This document shows, in pieces, positions 53,441 through 61,392 of a stretch of DNA of 64,000 nucleotides. The stretch is from contig NC_086097.1 of NCBI RefSeq assembly GCF_963921235.1, forward strand, positions 79,796,001 through 79,860,000, given 5' to 3'. The notes under the pieces were generated by a model. That model was not told the DNA's origin and made no database searches. It saw only the letters and a program-made list of their open reading frames with translations. Position 1 is the first letter of the stretch; every line of letters begins with the position of its first letter. Made by a program: the position numbers and the translations under genes. The DNA comes from Mobula hypostoma (lineage: Eukaryota).

Positions 53441-53699
53441 GCATGCCATTGACCAAATATATGATCCATGGTTCAAATTAGTCTGAACATACTGTAAATT
53501 ACCATCTGTTGACATAGATTTATGCAGAACATCTGCATTTTCATAATTACACAAACTCAATGTACATGGTTTTACAAAAAGATTACTGTATATTAATCAA
53601 ATGCAGTTTTTGACTAATTCAATTGAAAAATCATAACTTTGAGATAAACAATGTATGACATTTTGTTTGATATGTATTTCAAAAGATAAACATAAAATT

Positions 53700-54261
53700 C
53701 AGAACTTCTAGTGGGACTGGAGAAAATCACATGGAAAACATTCAAGGATGTTGTTGAAAATTTTCTTGGCAACTTAAGAACACCAAACTACGTGCAGCTG
53801 GTTGACAACATGCTTCAAACATACAAAACCATGAAGTGTAACATGACACTAAAGATAAATTTTCCGCATTCCCATTTAGACTTCTTCCCTGCAAATCTTG
53901 GTGCTGTCAGTGATGAGCATGGTGAAAGGTTTCACCAGAACACTGCAGTCAGGGAGCAACAGTATCAGGGCAACTGGAATCAATCAATGTTGGCTGATTA
54001 TTGTTGGACATTTTAGTGAGAAGCCTCAGACACCGAGTCCAAACAAAATCATTAATCAAACATTTTTCACTTAGTTTAACTATTGAAGGCATCAGCACCA
54101 TTATGCAATTAAGTGCACTATATTCATTAAAAGTTAATGTCTTGTTTCTCCAGATTTCTACGCGATACAAATCCTCTGAAGTTAGATTTCTGTTCAGCTT
54201 CAAGTAGTCCAACACAAAAAAATAAAGAGGAAGCAACACTTGAAAAAATTGCTGTCCAGTA
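53700..54261 (+). mobile_element. Chapaev3-like (CMC) DNA transposon, 3' fragment
   Basis: ENFLGN..NY..LVDNML..KCNMTLKINFPHSHLDFFPANLGAVSDEHGERFHQ..YQGNW..MLADYCW; right end aaaaaattgctgtccagt(a) resembles a ...CAGTG terminus. Confidence 0.7.
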
Positions 54262-54674
54262 ATATCACTGTTCCTGCCTTACCATTTTCTGTTGCAGCCT
54301 ATTCCAGATACCAACTACTCTTTTTGTGAAAAACTTACCCCTCAAACCATCTAGCTTTAAACGCCACTACCACAGAGATTGTATGGCTACCTATCCCATC
54401 TAGGCTTCTCATAATTTTATATCAATCTGTTATGTCATATCTCTGCTTCCTTTGCTCCAGATAGATGTACTGTATTCAATTTCTCTCGATAACTCAAGCT
54501 GACCAGTCAATATTTCCTGTACCATCTCTTGTTTAATCATGTTTCCCAAAGTTGTTTTATAAAAAAGAACATCACTGAGCAGACCTGACATTCCCAATGA
54601 AAGATACTAATGTAAAAAATACACTCCCAGAGGGCCAATAATTTTTTAAAAATACAATCCAGCATATATTTAGA

Positions 54675-55486
54675 TCAGTGCGCCGGTCGTGCATGCAGCC
54701 TGGTACAGCCATTCCGACCTATTCTTACTTTCTTCTTACTTTTTAATTTACGTTATTTTTTGTATTTTTTTTCTCACGGTAACATGTCGAAGCTGCACCC
54801 TCTCTAACATGCTGGTATAGAGAGTTTTATTTGGGTTTTCTTTAGTGCTGGAAATGGTTACATCCCGACACGCGGGACAGAAGCAAGGTCGCATTGTGTA
54901 TTCCACGGACCAGCAGATCCCAGCCGCCTTAGCTAACAGAGTGGTAGACACCCCTGCTGAAATCCAGAGGAAAACACACGGGGGGGTCACAAAGCCGAGG
55001 AAAGAGGACCGGGTCGAGACAACACAGTCTTTTGGAGAAGAGGAGTTTGGTGGGTAATACTGTTCCGGCTGACCGGAAGTGCACCGAGAGCGGTAAGCGT
55101 AAAGGAATTGGGTGCTTACTGTTCTGGCTAACAATGGATGGTGCAATCCGGGGTATATTACGATCGAGGAACGTGTCTGCAGACTGGATATTGAACTTTT
55201 TACTGTTGGACTTCGGCCACATTCCACCGTGATACAACACTTGGCGGCACGGGAGGTCATTCCTGCCTGTGGCCATCGAACGTGCAGCTCCTCCCGTGGA
55301 GGTTCAGACACCCTGAGCCAATAGACTGGTCCTGGACTTATTTTCCATCTGGCATAGTTTGCATTTTGGTGTTTGATTGTTGGGGTTTAATGTATTGCTA
55401 TATTTACGCTCTATTCTTGGTTGGTGTGGCTGTAATGAAACCAAATTTCCCTCGGGATTAATAAAGTATATCTATCTATCTATCTA
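54675..55486 (+). mobile_element. Internally deleted (bipartite) Rex/Babar derivative
   Basis: 5' Rex ORF start (IVYSTDQ..PAEIQRKTHGG; ADRKCTESGKRKG..NNGWCNPG..DIELF..LRP) is fused at about 55220 to a 3' end matching 1547-1680; tail aataaagta(tatc)n. Confidence 0.75.
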
Positions 55487-56312
55487 ACTCCCGGACCTGT
55501 GCATACATATAGATTTGCAAATGCTAAGGTTGGTGTCTAAAACATGAGACTTCTCAAAGACATCATCTTAATGTTTGACTCATCATTCAAATTTGATTGA
55601 ATAATGTATAGTTCCTTCAATTACTCGATGGATAAAGACTAAACACATGGTAAAAAGTGAAAGGAACAAACAAATGGAAGTGCTGCAAATTTGAAATTAA
55701 AAACAAAAAATGTAGGAAATACTCAGCAGGTCACCAACAGTGAAGTCCCACCTGTAGTAGTTGTGTGCTATTATTGGAATCTACATTCAAAGAAGGCTCA
55801 CTTTTGCTCACAATGGGCCTCTTTTGCTAAGAAGCATCAGACATTTTCTAGAATACTATCAGGAACAAAATGCTTCAATTCTCATAGGTACTGGTTCAAC
55901 AAGCTGAGTTTCTTTTCCTTCCTGCAGAAAAGTTCAGGCAGGTATAGTAAAGATACTCAAATGATAAACACGTTGATAAAAGGAAAATCTGGAAAACTTG
56001 TTTCCAGTGGCAGAACAATCAAAAACTAAACAAAATAGATTTATGATAATTGGCTAAAAATGGGGATAATTATTTTTACTCAATAAATTGTATGCCAGAA
56101 AATGCGAGGACAAAGACTGAATCATTAATTTCAACAGGTAGTTTACAAATATCTAAAAGAAAATAATTTGCAAGCTCTGGGGTGGGGGAACAGCCATACT
56201 GTGTGAATAATTGCTCTCTCAACAAGACAGTATGGAGCATATGGACGCCTCTTTGCTGAATCAAATACAACTCTAAGCCAAATATAAATACAGCTAGTAA
56301 TGATGAATTCTA

Positions 56313-56528
56313 TCAAAGTTGCTGGTAAACGCAGCAGGCCAGGCAGCATCTCTAGGAAGAGGTACAGTCGACGTTTCAGGCTGAGACCCTTTGTCAGGAC
56401 TAACGAAGGGTCTTGGCCTGAAACGTCGACTGTACCTCTTCCTAGAGGTGCTGCCTGGCCTGCTGTGTTCACCAGCAACTTTGATGTGTGTTGCTTGAAT
56501 TTCCAGCATCTGCAGAATTCCTGTTGTT
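56313..56528. mobile_element. Palindromic Penelope pseudo-LTR insertion with a 15-bp target-site duplication
   Basis: Inverted arms of about 82 bp (56312-56393 and 56403-56485); taatgatgaattcta occurs at 56298-56312 and 56529-56543. Confidence 0.88.
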
Positions 56529-58499
56529 TAATGATGAATTCTACATTGCTTGGACATTTATACTTAAAGGAATAATGAATGCTGGAAACACTGAATTAAA
56601 ATTCATGATTTTTTGACATTTTCTGCAGAATGGTGAAAATGTTCAGCTTTTGATGACTTTTGGTTTAAATATGATAAGGTAAAAAGAAAATATTATGTTT
56701 TCATTGACTAAATAGTGAACATTTTACAGTATTAGCTTACCTAGACAATTACAAGTGAGCTTAATGAAAGCTCTCAATTTGGTATGCAGAGACAGCATGG
56801 CAAGATGAGAGAAACAGGGAAACCTCTCTAAAGGATAAGCTAATAAGACACAAGTTTCAGAAAAAGACTGAGCAATACAGGAAAAAGATTGTATGGCTGG
56901 TCATATTTGTTGAAATCCAGCACTAGATTTATTGAGGTGAAAACTTTTGGGGATTATGTAGATACTATTTTGCTTAAGTTAAGAAAGATTATCCTGGAGC
57001 ATGGTTAAGTATGCTGCATTCATTATTTTGCAATAATATGTGAAGTTATACTGTCTATTATTTCAATAAGGTGATAATTATGGGTTGGATATTTCAAATT
57101 TTGTCCTCTTTTCTCACTAAATGCTGTCATACATGAAGAGAAGATGCAGATATCGACTTTGGTTCAAGCTATGATACAAATAAAGCTAGAAAAAAAAATG
57201 GTACTGAACCTACACAAGTTTCAGACCAAACTACTGCTTGTAATAAACAAAGAGTTAAAAAGAACGCTGAACAGATCACAACACGTAGTAAGATCCTTAG
57301 AGCTTGGGCAGCCTTTTAAATTAGAAAAAGCAATTTCATATGGCATTATGTACAGATACATAAAAACTGTACAAATACACTTAGTTCTGTGCACAACAAA
57401 AATATTATACATCAAGTAGAGCAGCACATCTATTCCTAGCAGATCTGTCTTCCCAAGATACTGCAAGTTGAAAGGGGAAACAGTCACACATCAAACTTAA
57501 AAGTAAATTGATGTTTCATTTGATAGACACGAAAAACATAGCAGAGACTGTTCAAAGGACTAAAATGCTCCCAACTGAACTGCATGCTCTTTTTAATTAT
57601 TGATGCAACAATCTATGTCAGCAAGCAGATGCATTCAACCAGGATTCCCACACCTAACAACAGCACAGCATAGATATAATTACATTAACCAGAATATCTC
57701 CTGGGCATGTCAGAAGACTGCAGAAAAAAATGACTCTCATTATGAAATCAGCTGAAGATTATTTGTGAGATGGCTGGTAGATGGAATAGCTCAGTCATAC
57801 GTTTCTTCCCATTTTAATCAAAGACATTTTTATCTTTAGTTTGTTAATAAGCTCCATGTCATCTTCAGTTTCAAATTTTAATTTGGTAAATTTAAATAAA
57901 AACAAGCAAATGAAGCTCGTTTCTACTGACAATATTTCCCAGACACTTTAACATGGTTAAAAACAGTCAAATTGGACCTGTAAAAATCTTACAACAATGC
58001 TCCTACAGTTTCAGCCACCATCATAAAAATCACAACCTGAAATTCTCCATTACTGCAAAATTTAATTGCCTCTCATCCAATTACAGAATGTGATGAAGCT
58101 GCATTATAATCTATCTTTAGATTTAAATTACCTTCTGCATTTTTACCTATAAAGACAGAATGATTAAATACAGTAATCCATGAATAATAATTTGGCCCTA
58201 ATAGCAACAGAGAGGATTATCAGCTTTTAGATGACTGACACTATAAAATGAACCACCTTTGCTAATATATACAAAGGGACTATCAAAGTGAATTTATTCT
58301 CAGTTAAACGTCTTAAGCTAAAGAGGTGCTGTACTTATCTGAAGGGTCTTGTTAGATCTTGGAAAGAATATTATTTTACTGAAAGTTGTGAACCAGGACA
58401 TTAAAAACACCTATGTCAGACTAGAGTTCAGCTTTCAATACTATAATTCCAAGCAATCTCATCTCCAAATGACTCAACACCTCTCTTTGTAACTGATCT

Positions 58500-59020
58500 T
58501 TGACCTCCTAAGCAACAGATTGCAATTTGTAAGGACAGGCAGCCATGCCTCCGCCATGATTATCCTAAACACTGGTGCTCCATAAGGCTGTGGGCTACTC
58601 TACTCCCTATACAATGGGCTGATTCTGCTCTAACTCCATTTACAAGTTGTGGATGACAATACCGAAGCAAGCCAAATCTCAAATAACAAATGAGTCAGTA
58701 CAGGAGGGAGATAGCGAGCCTCGTGACACGGTGTCATGACAACATCCCTTCCCTTAATGTCAGCAATACAAAAGAACTACTCATTGATTTTAGGAAGGAG
58801 GTAGTGCACATGCTTCTGTTTAAATCAATGGTGTTTAGGTCGGGAGGTTGAAAGCTTCACGTTCCTTGGAGTGAGCCTGTCCTGGTTTGACCATGTTGAT
58901 GTCACAGCCAAGAAAAGTCGCCAGTGCCTCTAGTTCCTCAGGAGGCTAAGGAAATTTGCCATGTTTTCTTCTTGTGGACAGAGCTCCACACATCATGCAA
59001 ACCAGCCTCCTCTCCATGAA
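58500..59020 (+). mobile_element. Rex/Babar RT relic
   Basis: tgtaactg..cttgacctccta..ctaaacactggtgctcc..ttaatgtcagcaatacaaaagaactactcattgattttagg..ctcaggaggctaaggaaattt. Confidence 0.7.
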
Positions 59021-59312
59021 TAAACACAAAAGATTCTGCAGATGCTAGAAATTCAGAGCAACACTCTGAATGCTGGAGAAACAGGTCAGGCAGCATCTTT
59101 GGTAAGAACAAGCAGTCAATGTTTTGAGCTGAGACCCTTCATCAGGACCGGAAAGGAATAGGTAAGAGGCCAGAATAAAAAGGTGGAGGGAGGGAATGGA
59201 GTACAAGCTGGCAGGTGACAAGTGAGACCAGAAGAGGAAGGTGTGTGGGTGGGGAGAGGGGATGAAGCAAAAAGCTGTGAGGTGATAGGTGGAACAGGTA
59301 AGGGGCTGAAAA
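59021..59312 (-). mobile_element. Solo Penelope-like pseudo-LTR with a mutated hammerhead
   Basis: aaacacaaaagattctgcagatgctagaaat..gagacccttcatcaggac; the minus strand has CUGAUGA but AAAA in place of GAAA. Confidence 0.75.
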
Positions 59313-59374
59313 AGAATTGAATTGACTTTATTTCTTACATCCTTCACAGACATGAGGAGTAAAGATCTTTACGT

Positions 59375-59613
59375 TACTACTACGTCGACTCAGGCCTAGG
59401 GGGCTGGTGTCGGGTACGATGACGGACTCTCCACTTCACACCCTCTCCCTCATCAGTGTGTTCAGTTCATCTACATTAGCCACGCCACAGTCTTCTAGGA
59501 GTGTGTTGACCATAGTCTTGGGAGGGTGCCCAGGGCTCATGCTCCCGTGCTTGGGCTCCCATATGATGACTAGGCTGGCAGGTAGCTCGGGGTGGCATAG
59601 ACAGTTCCCTGCT
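59375..59613 (-). mobile_element. RTE-like LINE 3' end, cut off by the L1 insertion
   Basis: AGNCLCHPELPASLVIIWEPKHG..GHPPKTMVNTLLEDCG; short gtagtagtaa tail. Confidence 0.65.
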
Positions 59614-59772
59614 GCTGGAGACTTCCGGTAGCGCTCATGGAGTGAAGTCGCGTTCTTGACTCGCTCCATTACCTCTGAGTTTTTTCTCTCTATGGTCAGC
59701 TATACTTTAATTAACTATTAAGGCATCAATTTTTACAATACTTTGAATTAAACTGAATTCTCTGACAATTGG

Positions 59773-60672
59773 ATGATACTGAGATCGGCTATGTCTAAGA
59801 ACGGGAAAGACGGCAAGGATGGTAAACCTCCGGTTAAACCGAAAGCTACGGATCTCCCTCCGACTGAATCACCGGTGACTTTGGAAGCTATATCGGAGTT
59901 AATTCAGAGGGAAATTTCAACCTCTGTTAGGGAGATGATTCGTACAGAAATTATGGGCTTTGTTAAAGACCTGATTCATATGGAAATCTCAACTAAGTTC
60001 CAGAAAATTGCCGATTTAATTGATAAGATGCAAACATGTATTGCGGAACATCAGTCGGCTATATCTGGTCTTCAAAAATCCGCGCAACAAAGTGAGCTTA
60101 AGATGGGGAAAGTCGAAGAAACAATTAATGTAATGAAGAAGAAACTTGACTTTTTGACTTTTAAAAACTCTGACTTGGAATCTAGAATGCGACGGCAGAA
60201 TTTACGAATGATTGGCGTCAGGGAAGCCGTGGAAGCTAACAACCCTATGAAATATTTCTCCCAACTTTTAAAAGATGCATTCCCTACTGTATTTCCTGAC
60301 CAACCACCGCTACTGGATCGTGTTCACAGAATCCCATTATACTCGTCTAGGTCAGATAGACCTAGGCATGTTATCTTACGTTTTCATTACTTTCAAGATA
60401 AGGAGAGACTGTTTCGATTCGCTCGATCTAAAGGTTTCATTGATTTTTCGGATCTTAAGTTCCGATTCGTGGAAGATTTCAGTAAACCAATCTGGGACCA
60501 ACGGGTCCGTTACAGATCCGTGATGTCGGAATTCTATAAGATGGATTTAAGACCAGCGCTGCTGTACCCTGCACGTCTAAGGATTCGCATGTTAGATGGA
60601 GCTCTTCGTTTTTTTGATTCTCCATCGGATGCCCAGAGTTATCTGGATCAACTTTCATCTTCAACATCTTAA
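59773..60672 (+). CDS. L1 ORF1p (coiled coil, RRM and CTD; Transposase_22-like)
   Basis: DLESRMRRQNLRMIGVRE, LDRVHRI, PRHVILRFHYFQDKE, FVEDFS and LLYPARLRI; alternative start at 59791. Confidence 0.92.
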   Translation: MILRSAMSKNGKDGKDGKPPVKPKATDLPPTESPVTLEAISELIQREISTSVREMIRTEIMGFVKDLIHMEISTKFQKIADLIDKMQTCIAEHQSAISGLQKSAQQSELKMGKVEETINVMKKKLDFLTFKNSDLESRMRRQNLRMIGVREAVEANNPMKYFSQLLKDAFPTVFPDQPPLLDRVHRIPLYSSRSDRPRHVILRFHYFQDKERLFRFARSKGFIDFSDLKFRFVEDFSKPIWDQRVRYRSVMSEFYKMDLRPALLYPARLRIRMLDGALRFFDSPSDAQSYLDQLSSSTS

Positions 60673-61392
60673 TTGCCTTTTTTTAATTTTCTCCGTTGAT
60701 CGGAGGCTGTGAATTGGTTGGTTTTAACTTTTCTGTGCCCTATTTGGGCAGAAAAGTTTACTTTCGATTTCTTAATATGGCTGCTAAACTTTCTTTTTAA
60801 CTGCGTCATTTCTTTCTTTTCCCAGGGGATTCTGGGTGGTTACTTCCCTTTTGTCATCTTACGTATTTCCTGTGCGGCCTTAAATTTTGTAGTTTTTTTT
60901 AAATTTTATTCTGTTTTGCTTTTTATAATCATTTTATGTTAATAATCCTATTTTTTTTGTTGCTGTGTCTATTCATGAGTTTGAGGTTTATTGTGGTTTT
61001 TTTTAATATATACTTTCCGGCTTTTGTTCTGTTCTGTGTGTATTTTAATTGAGCTAACTTTTTTTTACTTATTTTTTTTACTGTTTTACAATTAGCTGAT
61101 CCTTTTCATATTTATACCTTTTTTTTAGGGAGCGTATACCGGAAGTCATGGGGGTAGTTTTAGCGCTTGCTTCTTTCTGGCGGGTCTGCTTTAGATTTCG
61201 CCTTGGGGTCCTGGGGTGGGGGGCGGTGGGAGGGGCTTCACGTTTTAGTTTGTTTCTCTTTGGGCTATATACATTATTGAAGTATTGGTTACGTCCTTTT
61301 CCCCGGTATCTTTTGTATGTTCTGTTTCCTCTCCGGGTCTGTGGGTCGCGCCTATTGTCAATCCTCCTTGTTATGGGTTGACTTTAGGATTT

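Noticed and set aside
54748..55311. 187-aa minus-strand ORF
   Set aside because: It is antisense to the Rex-derived element and has no recognisable motif.
56294..56575. Mirror-image ORFs on both strands with similar peptides
   Set aside because: Artefact of the pseudo-LTR palindrome; similar peptides arise from the pseudo-LTR at 33392-33668.
58335..58370. Minus-strand aagatctaacaagacccttcag resembles the end of GPHN exon 2 (KDLVQDPS)
   Set aside because: It needs an indel to align, has no upstream DRSGINL coding match and no GT donor at the right place; chance similarity.
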